Shown piece after piece: positions 26,353-35,047 of a DNA stretch of 35,047 bases. Made by a program: the position numbers and the translations under genes. The notes beneath the pieces are model-generated. The model did not search any database. It was given only the letters and a program-made list of their open reading frames with translations, and was not told the origin of the DNA. Where the stretch lies: NCBI GenBank assembly GCA_028867395.1, contig JAGWGO010000001.1, positions 1-35,047 on the forward strand. Reading direction: 5' to 3'. Source of the stretch: Nitrososphaerota archaeon (GTDB lineage: Archaea; Thermoproteota; Nitrososphaeria; Nitrososphaerales; Nitrosopumilaceae). The stretch's first letter is position 1. The number at the start of each line of letters is the position of its first letter.

Positions 26353-28245
26353 TCATTCAAAGATATCGTGTAAGATTGCACCTTCAGAATTTTTAGGAGG
26401 AGCAATACCTAGGATATGAGCAATGGTGGGAGCTATATCTGTCATATGTATGGGTTTTTCCCTGTGATATCCCTTCCTTATTTTGGGACCGTGTGCAACA
26501 AACATTGATTTTATTGTACCGTACTTGCCCATATCCACAGAGGGAAGCTGAGAACCATGAATACTTGCATCAGGAAATCCCGCTTTGAGGTCTTCAAATA
26601 ACTCGTCACCAATCTTAAGTCTGTTATCGCTTGCATAGATGGAATTGGTGGCATATACAATATCGCCGACCCTGTTTCCGCCAAGACCCAGAAATTGGGC
26701 GTCCGTGTTGTCAAGTGCAAGAGCGATCGGCCGTATCCCCGTCTTTGGGTCCTTGATATCATAAAGAAGATCTATTACTCTTCTTACTAATTCATCACGA
26801 TCATTGCCAGATTTTATTATGCCGTTGGGTTCTCTTCCTTTTAGATTCACATAAACATGAACCATACCTTGGCAGAAGACTTGGGTGTTATTCCAATCTA
26901 TAGCAATTTTTTTTGTCGCTGGATCTCTTTTTAGTTTAATCAAACCTTTCTGATACAAATATGAATTGATAAAAAATCTCCGTTTTCCCATAACATGACC
27001 GTGATCTGACAAAACAATCGTGTAGATCTCTTGCCCTTTTTTCTTTTGTTTATTATTTGCCCGAACAATATTGCCAACTAGCTCATCTGCAATCTCATAC
27101 GTTCTAGCTAGGACTCTATTACATATTTTGGCTTGATTTGGTGACAATACAGATTTGTCAAATCTGAGAAACGCATGTTGTGTATTATCTATGCCATGCC
27201 ATTGTGTCATAAACAAATCCCATTGATTTCTAGACATGAGGTAGTGCGTGGCTTTTCCCATCCAGTCTGCTTGATATTCCATGTCGTCAATGTAAGTATC
27301 TTCATCAATCCAACCGTAGACGTATGGGAAATGACTTATGGATTCAAGAAAGGGACCAAACTTTTCAAACAGTTCCTTTGAAAGAGATTTTGGAAAAGTC
27401 CAGCCTTCTATCGGAAAAACTGCTGAAACAAAAAGCTTAAACTTTTCTTTATTATGATAACCTATGTCAATTAACTTCATTCTAAAAGAAGCCTTTTTGA
27501 CTCTGCCGTCAACTTCAAAGTCCTCGAGCAACCATTTTGATTGCTGTCCTCTTTTTAAAATGAGAGCGTCCTTTGTGTCCTTGTTTTTGGTAAGTAAGGC
27601 AGTATCATACTCCTTTGAACGTTGAGCCAGCAAGAGAACGTTGTATGCTATGCCTTTTTCTGGACCAATTATTATTTCAGATTCTAGGGGAGGCATGTAG
27701 GATAATTGGGGTGAAATATTTCTCCAATCAGAAAGATCTGCTTTAGAAAAACTCATCACCATTGCATTCTCCAAAGGTATAGTACAGTAACAGGAACTGT
27801 TACTCAATGCTAAGGGACTTGATCCCCACGGTCTCGACCCTGGTCCACCGGGAGCGCCAAAACCTTCTACCTGAACACTTTTTTTTATATTGGGTGGCCA
27901 TGAAGCAATAAATTTCAGTAGTATGCATTTCTTGCCGCATCTCTCTGCCGTCTTCCATATCTGTTCTGCTTTACAAAGATCAGAATAGAATCCACTTTTG
28001 ATCTCCGTAAGATGAGTTCCAGGCATGTGAACCACCATGTCCGTTACACCATGAGTCTTTGGCCACGCTCCAGTCGAGACAGTATTCCAGTTGCTTGCAG
28101 TATGAGTTGGAAAGACAGGAATTCCTTCTGCCCAGGTACCACCGTTAACTAGTTTTTGCATATTTGGTAATTTGCCCATCTGGAGATATTTTTGAACTAG
28201 TGTCGGTACCGCAGCATCAAGACCAATTAATATTACTTTTTTCAA
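26353..28245 (-). CDS. AlkP-superfamily phosphodiesterase with large insertion
   Basis: LIGLDA, PTHTASNW..STG, DNTQH, SDHG, SIHG, DIAPTI. Confidence 0.9.
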   Translation of the reverse strand: MKKVILIGLDAAVPTLVQKYLQMGKLPNMQKLVNGGTWAEGIPVFPTHTASNWNTVSTGAWPKTHGVTDMVVHMPGTHLTEIKSGFYSDLCKAEQIWKTAERCGKKCILLKFIASWPPNIKKSVQVEGFGAPGGPGSRPWGSSPLALSNSSCYCTIPLENAMVMSFSKADLSDWRNISPQLSYMPPLESEIIIGPEKGIAYNVLLLAQRSKEYDTALLTKNKDTKDALILKRGQQSKWLLEDFEVDGRVKKASFRMKLIDIGYHNKEKFKLFVSAVFPIEGWTFPKSLSKELFEKFGPFLESISHFPYVYGWIDEDTYIDDMEYQADWMGKATHYLMSRNQWDLFMTQWHGIDNTQHAFLRFDKSVLSPNQAKICNRVLARTYEIADELVGNIVRANNKQKKKGQEIYTIVLSDHGHVMGKRRFFINSYLYQKGLIKLKRDPATKKIAIDWNNTQVFCQGMVHVYVNLKGREPNGIIKSGNDRDELVRRVIDLLYDIKDPKTGIRPIALALDNTDAQFLGLGGNRVGDIVYATNSIYASDNRLKIGDELFEDLKAGFPDASIHGSQLPSVDMGKYGTIKSMFVAHGPKIRKGYHREKPIHMTDIAPTIAHILGIAPPKNSEGAILHDIFE

Positions 28246-28437
28246 TCTGATTTGTCACACTGGTTTTTGTCTGAAAAGATATTGCTTTGTAATACCAAAG
28301 TTATAGAAATATGACATAACACAGTAGTTCTTCTTGGCTAAATATTATTATTTAAAATTTATCTAGATTAACCAATAAATTATTTTGCATTTTTTGAAAA
28401 CCTCTATCATTTAAATAGATGCTTAAAGAGAGCAGAT

Positions 28438-28692
28438 TTGTTGAAGACCAGAACGGGTCGACAGATGAAAAACAAAAAAGAGAACAAAGACGTACCTATC
28501 TATCTACCTGCTAAGACAATTGCATTGTTAAGAGAAGAATTTAGCTTGAAGGAAGATACGGTTGAAAATTTTGTAAATTCCTTAATTAACAAAACTGTTC
28601 AAGAACACATGGACCAGAGAAATTCTGCAGTCTTTTCAAAAGATGAGACAAAAGAAATTGAGGACGACCTTAAAGGTCTGGGATATATTTAA
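28438..28692 (+). CDS. Small CopG/RHH-like protein with an 'EDDLKGLGYI' tail
   Basis: TATA-like TTTAAATA at 28410-28417; alternative ATG 28465. The C-terminus matches the LxxLGY tail of sulfatases and COG3379 enzymes. Confidence 0.75.
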   Translation: MLKTRTGRQMKNKKENKDVPIYLPAKTIALLREEFSLKEDTVENFVNSLINKTVQEHMDQRNSAVFSKDETKEIEDDLKGLGYI

Positions 28693-28693
28693 G

Positions 28694-29656
28694 TTAGAAG
28701 AACTTTTCCTGCTGGATGGCTGTGATTTTTTCTAGCTCATGCTCTGTAAGCTTGATATTCGAGGCTTCTATATTGGATCTAAGCTGGGCCACATTTTTTG
28801 CTCCAGGAATGCACGTAGAAACTTCCTCCCTTGAAAGTACATAAGATATGGCTGCCTGACTAAGAGAATGCGATTTGTCTTCAAGAAAGCTAAATTTTTT
28901 ACAAAACTGGACTCTCTTTTGAATCTCTTGTGCTGAATATCTACTCCTAATGTCTGAAGAAGGGAACATGTGATCATTACTATATTTACCACTTAGCAGC
29001 CCTTGTGCCAAAGGCTCGGCTGCAATTACTCCTACACCCTTCCTTTTTGCTAATGGTAATATTTCCTTGATTGGTTCAAAATTTAAAAGAGAAATTTTTA
29101 GTTGAATAGTATCGATAATATCCCTTTCTAATAACGGGATTGCTTTCTCATATTGTGCACCAATGGAAACACCACAGTATAGCGCCTTTCCTTCCATTTT
29201 TATATCATTGAAGGCCCTTTTTATGTCGAGAAAATCTTTTTCTGTAGTTGGCGCGGCGTGGACTTGGAATAAATCTACATAATCAGTTTGGAGTCGCGCC
29301 AAACTTTTATCTAGTGAGGCGATCAGATGATGATACGAGATATCTATCTCAAAAGGCTTGTTATATTGAGGATAACGTCCTGCCTTTGTAAAAATATAGA
29401 TATCTGATCGATAATCTTTGAGAAACTTGCCTAATCTAGCTTCACTTCTTCCCAATGAATATACATCAGAGGTATCAAAGACGTTTATGCCCTTATCAAT
29501 TGCAAACAACACAATTTCTTGGGCTGTCATTTCATCCATGTCACCATAATTGGCTGGAATATTATTTATCATTGATATTCCGCCTAGCTGTACACATCCT
29601 AGTCCCACCTCCGATACTTGGAGTCTAGTTTTACCTAACTGTCTTTTCTTGAGCAA
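28694..29656 (-). CDS. Aldo/keto reductase
   Basis: LGKTRLQVSEVGLG, FDTSDVY, TK, SLARLQTDYVDLFQVH, PLAQGLLSGK, IPG. Confidence 0.95.
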   Translation of the reverse strand: MLKKRQLGKTRLQVSEVGLGCVQLGGISMINNIPANYGDMDEMTAQEIVLFAIDKGINVFDTSDVYSLGRSEARLGKFLKDYRSDIYIFTKAGRYPQYNKPFEIDISYHHLIASLDKSLARLQTDYVDLFQVHAAPTTEKDFLDIKRAFNDIKMEGKALYCGVSIGAQYEKAIPLLERDIIDTIQLKISLLNFEPIKEILPLAKRKGVGVIAAEPLAQGLLSGKYSNDHMFPSSDIRSRYSAQEIQKRVQFCKKFSFLEDKSHSLSQAAISYVLSREEVSTCIPGAKNVAQLRSNIEASNIKLTEHELEKITAIQQEKFF

Positions 29657-29918
29657 CCAAACACTCTACCGATATCATCATAGCAGCATTCTTCTTTTAT
29701 TTTAATTGATTTTATAAAGAGTAGGCTAAAGATATTTCTTGATTGTTTTCTCAAAACGAATTTGAATCTGGTTGTTATGGAAAGGGTTTTTGGGATTTTC
29801 GGTCTTATTTTAATATCTTTAGGATCAAAATTCTGATTTTGGTTCCATTTTTTAAAGGGGCTCTGTATGATACAGTAATAAATGAGTAAAATTTTAGAAT
29901 TTACAGTGATAAAACAGG

Positions 29919-31970
29919 TTGCGTTATAGCCGTCCATTTCTAGTTATTTTATTTTTAACATTAGGTCTCTTGTTTGTTTTCAACAACAATAGCAGTGTTT
30001 TTGCTCAAACAACAACTACCACCTCACAATCATTACCAAATTCAAATGTAATACCTCCTACAGCATATCAGCCAAATATTTTTTTTATTAATGTCCACGT
30101 AGATACCAACCCTGTACCCAACAAACCATTTCATATATATGCAGATATTCAAGATCCGAACCCTGCTGATTTAATAGCACACATTGTGGTTCCACCGCAA
30201 ATGAGCGTTCTAAGTCCCATAGTGCCTTCGCCGACTTATACAACTTCATACAACATTTTGCGCGCAACATGGACTGTTATGGCAGGCCAGACAGGATCAT
30301 TTCCAATAAACATTGTAGCACACTCTAATTTTCCCTATGATACGGAAACATTCAGTCTAACCGTAAACGTTGGTAGCCCAAATAGTCTAATGGTAACTGC
30401 GATAAACATTCCAGGCAACATTGTTCCAGGCGACAATTTCACTGTGAGTATAAAACTGAATAACACTTCAACCGTCAAAGACCATTTCATTCTTGCGCAA
30501 GTAGCCGTTCCTGCAGGACTGCAACTGTTGAACAATAGTACATTAAGTGTTGACTCATTGAATCCAAATAGGGAAGTAGCCTTTAACTGGAGACTTAATG
30601 CACAGGCACCGGGCTCTTATCCTTTGATTTTTAACTACTCATCAATCAACTCGGGATCAAATTCCATCAAAGCTTACGTCAATGTAGGCTCGGTGCCGAT
30701 TGCAACAGGAGCTTTGCTCTCTATTTCCGCAGAACCCATTGTGCTTGAACAAAACGCTATCACTCCTGTAACCTTTGATATTAGTAACAATAGCACGTAT
30801 CCTATACATCACCTGCAGATAGTTTCTGCCACTGGGGGGGCCTATACATCCGTAGATACGCCAGCTAATATAGGTGATTTAGAAATTGGGGCTACAAAGA
30901 AGGAGACCTTGGGAATATATACAACTAATGAAAGCTTGACCCTAAAGGTTCCGATAGATGTAAAATATGATGCAAATGGAGTTAATTACAATGAGACTTA
31001 TTTGACTGAATTACCACTACAGAACCAAGCAAATTTTAAGATTAGTAGCGTGGTTACGACCCCCCCTCTCTCATTTGCGGGTGATGTAGCAGACAAGATA
31101 GACGTACAGATATTTAATTTGGGTCAAGGTGCAAATGATGTCCATGTGGCACTAAACCTACCTAAGGGTTTATCACCTGCCTGGGGTAATGCCACCTCTG
31201 TTTATTTTGGAAGAATAGATACATTCCAAACTGTGACAGCATCATTTTATATCAATATCGATACTACCTCGGTCTCTGGTAACTACCCTCTGACGCTACT
31301 TATTACAAGCGGGAACCAGAAAACAAGTTTGAACATAAACTATGTAATTGCCAAAAAGGCGATATTTCAGTTAGTATCTGTTGATTCTTCGCAACTTTAT
31401 CCTGGTGCCACAAACGTACCATTTACGATAACACTGAAAAACATAGGTTCTGCTCCGGCAGAAACATTGACTACTATGCTACTGAGCGGCAATGCTGTAC
31501 CAGGTGTAAAGAGCTCAACGATAACTGCCATTGGAAATGAAGAGAACATTGGAACTATTCTCCCTAATCAAGTTTTTACAACAACATTCCTAGTAGCACT
31601 TGATCCAGCCTTCCCCGCAGGAGATCAATCTACCTCGGTGGAAATCAACTGGACACAAAATAGTACATATGCTGCAGGTACTAACAGCTTTGTGCAAACA
31701 GTGGCGGTTCCATACCATATACCAAATGGACCTTATTATCTATTATATTATAATGGAGTACCTTGGACAATTATAGTTGTAGTAGTGATTGGTATTGTAT
31801 TAATAGCTATTTTCATCAAAAGAAGGAAAAGAAGATTGAAGACAATTGAGTTGGCCGCTTTGCAAGCAGGTGGAATTCAAACAGAGGGTTTGGATATGGC
31901 AAGGATTCAAGCATCAGAAGACATCAGTGCGCAAAAGGAAAATACTTCTGAAAAGAAAAACCCCGTGTGA
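29919..31970 (+). CDS. COG1361-like S-layer-domain membrane-anchored protein
   Basis: Signal peptide; repeated Ig-like units (I.N.G...A...IG.I.P); C-terminal transmembrane helix plus KRRKRR. Confidence 0.85.
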   Translation: MRYSRPFLVILFLTLGLLFVFNNNSSVFAQTTTTTSQSLPNSNVIPPTAYQPNIFFINVHVDTNPVPNKPFHIYADIQDPNPADLIAHIVVPPQMSVLSPIVPSPTYTTSYNILRATWTVMAGQTGSFPINIVAHSNFPYDTETFSLTVNVGSPNSLMVTAINIPGNIVPGDNFTVSIKLNNTSTVKDHFILAQVAVPAGLQLLNNSTLSVDSLNPNREVAFNWRLNAQAPGSYPLIFNYSSINSGSNSIKAYVNVGSVPIATGALLSISAEPIVLEQNAITPVTFDISNNSTYPIHHLQIVSATGGAYTSVDTPANIGDLEIGATKKETLGIYTTNESLTLKVPIDVKYDANGVNYNETYLTELPLQNQANFKISSVVTTPPLSFAGDVADKIDVQIFNLGQGANDVHVALNLPKGLSPAWGNATSVYFGRIDTFQTVTASFYINIDTTSVSGNYPLTLLITSGNQKTSLNINYVIAKKAIFQLVSVDSSQLYPGATNVPFTITLKNIGSAPAETLTTMLLSGNAVPGVKSSTITAIGNEENIGTILPNQVFTTTFLVALDPAFPAGDQSTSVEINWTQNSTYAAGTNSFVQTVAVPYHIPNGPYYLLYYNGVPWTIIVVVVIGIVLIAIFIKRRKRRLKTIELAALQAGGIQTEGLDMARIQASEDISAQKENTSEKKNPV

Positions 31971-32129
31971 AAAAGGAGAAATTAGTACTTTGCTACACTT
32001 TGGTTAAATTCTCAATTACAATTCTTGGTCCGAGATACAAATGATATCAAATGAGTCCCAATCTATTACATGTCACATGTAGTTTTAACTGGCACAAAGT
32101 AGAAATAAAGTAGACGACATAAGAAAGTA

Positions 32130-33290
32130 ATGGGGCTAGAAACTATCACCTCGGGACATGCAGGTGAGAGTAAAGGAGCTCTGGCAAGATATAATTTTAA
32201 GGCCAAGGCAGTCAAACACCTAGATGTACTTGAGAGAAATCTTAAGGTAATAAAAGAAGCTCCTGTATCCGTAGTCATACATCCTACAAATGCTTGTAAC
32301 GCTAAGTGTCCTATGTGTCGCTATGCTGACCTGAGAGAGACCAGCGAGACCATCCCCCTTGATGTAATGAAACAGACCGTAACAGAACTTGGTAAGATGG
32401 GCACCAAGAGCATAATTTTTTCAGGAGGTGGCGAGCCAACAATTTATCAAGGCTTAGCAGAAGTCATAGAGCTTGCTGCATCCTATGACATAAAGACGGG
32501 ACTTGTAACCAATCTTATACGTCTAAGTCCAAAGTTGATGAATGCCATAGTAGACAATATGTCTTGGGCAAGAATATCGATCAACGCCGCCAGTGCAGAA
32601 GCATATCAAATCGTTCAGGGAATGGACCCAGCTGTCTGGCCAAAACTTTTGGATAACATAAAGAGAGTGGTAGAGGCAAGAAACCAAAAAGGCACAAAAT
32701 TAGCTATAGGGGGTAGTTTTATCGTACAGAAAGGTAACTATAGAGAATCTGGAGATTTTCTTGATCTTTGCGCAGATCTTGGTGTGGACTATGCAATATA
32801 CAGACCGGTACAGAAATGGTCACCCACAGCTGCTTTAATGGCTGGCTCACTTGCACTGACAAAAGAGATGATCGAGGAATTGAGAAGCATTGCAACAGAA
32901 AAGCTCCGGACAGATTCAGTGAAATTCTGTGACAACAACCTTTCAAAGGCTGCAGATTTATTTACCGCAGTAGACGCTGCAAAAACCTATCCAAAATGTC
33001 TTTCCTCAAAAGTAGAATCTGCGATAGGTGGTGATGGCAGTGTTTATCCATGCTGTCAACATGTAGGTAATACTAAATTTGCAAGTGGGAACATACTTCA
33101 AAGATCCTTCTGGGACATATGGACAAGCCCAGAAGCAAGGACAATTAATGAATCCGTCGAGCCAAATCTGTGTCCGCCATGCAGATATGATTTTTATAAC
33201 AGAGTATTCAACGAGTATGAAAAAGGATGGCGACCAACACAGGAAGAGATAACAAAGGCTGCGCAAACACCAGATGTTGACTTTATGTAA
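32130..33290 (+). CDS. Radical SAM enzyme with SPASM/twitch domain
   Basis: CNAKCPMC, SGGGEP, C...GDGSVYPCC...GNI...CPPC. Confidence 0.93.
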   Translation: MGLETITSGHAGESKGALARYNFKAKAVKHLDVLERNLKVIKEAPVSVVIHPTNACNAKCPMCRYADLRETSETIPLDVMKQTVTELGKMGTKSIIFSGGGEPTIYQGLAEVIELAASYDIKTGLVTNLIRLSPKLMNAIVDNMSWARISINAASAEAYQIVQGMDPAVWPKLLDNIKRVVEARNQKGTKLAIGGSFIVQKGNYRESGDFLDLCADLGVDYAIYRPVQKWSPTAALMAGSLALTKEMIEELRSIATEKLRTDSVKFCDNNLSKAADLFTAVDAAKTYPKCLSSKVESAIGGDGSVYPCCQHVGNTKFASGNILQRSFWDIWTSPEARTINESVEPNLCPPCRYDFYNRVFNEYEKGWRPTQEEITKAAQTPDVDFM

Positions 33291-33434
33291 AGGATTGCCA
33301 GTATAATTTTGAAGTTAATCAAAGGGATCGCTTTATGTAGATGACAATGAAAAGAGAATGAAGCTGGTCATACTCATCAATTAAACGTAAGAATTGGTCA
33401 GTAGAACAGAGAACATATACTAAAATATCAACTA

Positions 33435-35047
33435 ATGACAATATTCTACATGACGATAGATACTGTTAGAGCTCAACTTCCTGTCAAAATTAAGGACGCC
33501 TTTATCAAATATGATCGAGGAAGTACATCCAACCTCCATAAGGTACTGAGGATCCTATGGTCCTTTCCTCTGCGTTTTATAATGTGTGGCTTTTTTTTTG
33601 CTTACTTGCTACTGGATACTACCTTTCTCCAAACCTTTCAATATCAAGCTACCATGAGCCTATTTCACACCATTCACATGCAGGCATCCATGGATGGCGA
33701 CGCATTCATAATCGGAAGTGTTTACACCCCTGTACAATTTCCTGCACTTGAAAAAGTAGAAGTTCTTTATCTAATGTTTTTCCTTTCATTTGCAGTAGCT
33801 ACAAAATCTACCCTTAAAACTAGGATGAAGTTATTAATTATGGGATTTTTATGTTTGATTTCATTAATTTTAGTTGAATTTTTAATTGCTGTCGCAATTG
33901 TCACGATGGGCATTTCATCCAAAGCAGTATATGTGGAAGCCAATGTGATTATTCTAAATATAGTGGCTAGCGCCTTCATGCAAAAAGCACTGTTTTCTAA
34001 TATGATGTTGCCACTACCAACCAAAGTTACTCCTGTTATAAGGACAAGCAACATCATACATTTTGTGTATTTAGCCGCTACTTTGTCGGTGGCAGGATTG
34101 GTGGGTTATACATTCCTTGAATATTTTCAGTTATCGGAGAATCGTCTTTTCATAGCCTTTATGGCTATAAGCCTAGGTGAAATATTAGCACTAAAGAGTT
34201 ATCTGGCCAATTTCATTTATGAGGTAAAAACTCCACACTGGGCAAAGGTGATTAGATCACGTCCTGGCGTAAGATATGACAATATGTCAGTGAGCTTTCT
34301 AATACCTGCATTTAACGAAGAGAAATTTATTAAACGATGCATCGAAAGTTTTGATAAAATAGCATCCAAGTATTCTGGCTGGACAGAGATATTGATAATC
34401 AATGATGGTTCCACTGACAACACTCGAAAAATAGCTTCCGAGGCCATACTTAACCTAAAATATGCAAATGGTAAGGTATACAATATTCCACATTCTGGAC
34501 TTGTATACGCATTGCAGTATGGCCTACAAAAAGCAAGAGGAGACATTATCTTTAGAGCAGATGGTGACTCTGTAACACACGAGGATGCTCTTAACTACCT
34601 CATTTACCACTTTAGTGATCCAAGAGTTGCTACTCTAAGTGGGGCAATTCTCTCATTAGAGGAAAAAGTTTGGTGGCAAAAAATCCAGACACTTGCTTAC
34701 TGTAGCAGAATAATGTACAAAAGACAGGTGGAACTATTTGATTCAATTCTGACTCAGGGGGGGACATTTACAGTATTCCGAAGAGACGCTCTAATCAAGG
34801 CAGGAGGCTGGATACACGATATAATGGGTGAGGATACTGAAATGACCGTAAGGCTTGGAAGATACGGTTACAGACACGAATTTGATCCACGCGCTATACA
34901 GTTTGGTAACGTACCTATAAAGTGGAAAGATATCGTAACACAACGCCTCAAGTGGGCAATGGCTTACTATCAGACATACTCTGCTAACGCAAACGTTCTC
35001 AAAGAACTCAAACCCCTGTCAGTACAATTTGCGATCAGAATGTTGCT
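33435..35047 (+). CDS. Processive GT2 polysaccharide synthase with N-terminal membrane domain, 3'-partial
   Basis: Absent from the ORF track. Read by hand as open from ATG 33435/33450 to the window end: LIPAFNEE, NDGSTD, ADGD, GED, QRLKW. Confidence 0.9.
   Translation, partial: MTIFYMTIDTVRAQLPVKIKDAFIKYDRGSTSNLHKVLRILWSFPLRFIMCGFFFAYLLLDTTFLQTFQYQATMSLFHTIHMQASMDGDAFIIGSVYTPVQFPALEKVEVLYLMFFLSFAVATKSTLKTRMKLLIMGFLCLISLILVEFLIAVAIVTMGISSKAVYVEANVIILNIVASAFMQKALFSNMMLPLPTKVTPVIRTSNIIHFVYLAATLSVAGLVGYTFLEYFQLSENRLFIAFMAISLGEILALKSYLANFIYEVKTPHWAKVIRSRPGVRYDNMSVSFLIPAFNEEKFIKRCIESFDKIASKYSGWTEILIINDGSTDNTRKIASEAILNLKYANGKVYNIPHSGLVYALQYGLQKARGDIIFRADGDSVTHEDALNYLIYHFSDPRVATLSGAILSLEEKVWWQKIQTLAYCSRIMYKRQVELFDSILTQGGTFTVFRRDALIKAGGWIHDIMGEDTEMTVRLGRYGYRHEFDPRAIQFGNVPIKWKDIVTQRLKWAMAYYQTYSANANVLKELKPLSVQFAIRML

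Noticed and set aside
33591-33599. T9 tract as a phase-variation switch in the GT2 gene
   Set aside because: It is in frame (FFF in a transmembrane helix) within AT-rich DNA, with no sign of slippage.

Overview
Archaeal chromosomal DNA. The gene families (NitrOD5-like, CFI-box-CTERM, PEF-CTERM, MPIDPDF-type ferredoxin, lone AsnC/RAM domain) point to an ammonia-oxidising thaumarchaeote, and an S53 peptidase would fit an acidophile such as Nitrosotalea (inference). The left part (about 1-20.45 kb) is a mosaic variable region with no integrase. In it, gene blocks are bracketed by diverged direct duplications of host gene ends: a GT4 5' end (x2, ~15 kb apart), a nucleotide-cyclase 3' end (x3) and a NitrOD5-like 3' end (x2, around a PIN/AbrB module). 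A recurring non-coding hairpin plus A-tract element sits beside most of these junctions. Cargo includes an atypical tRNA (CAG anticodon, G73, bulged acceptor stem), a poly-C-split GH5-like gene and large surface proteins. An IS3-type remnant (~20.55-20.82 kb) borders a visibly more AT-rich block. That block encodes two AlkP-superfamily enzymes, CysC, two PIG-L proteins, a stand-alone 'LGY-tail' protein, an aldo/keto reductase, a radical SAM enzyme and a processive GT2 that runs off the window, and is probably a surface-glycan synthesis and sulfation locus. All calls were made by eye; no searches were run.
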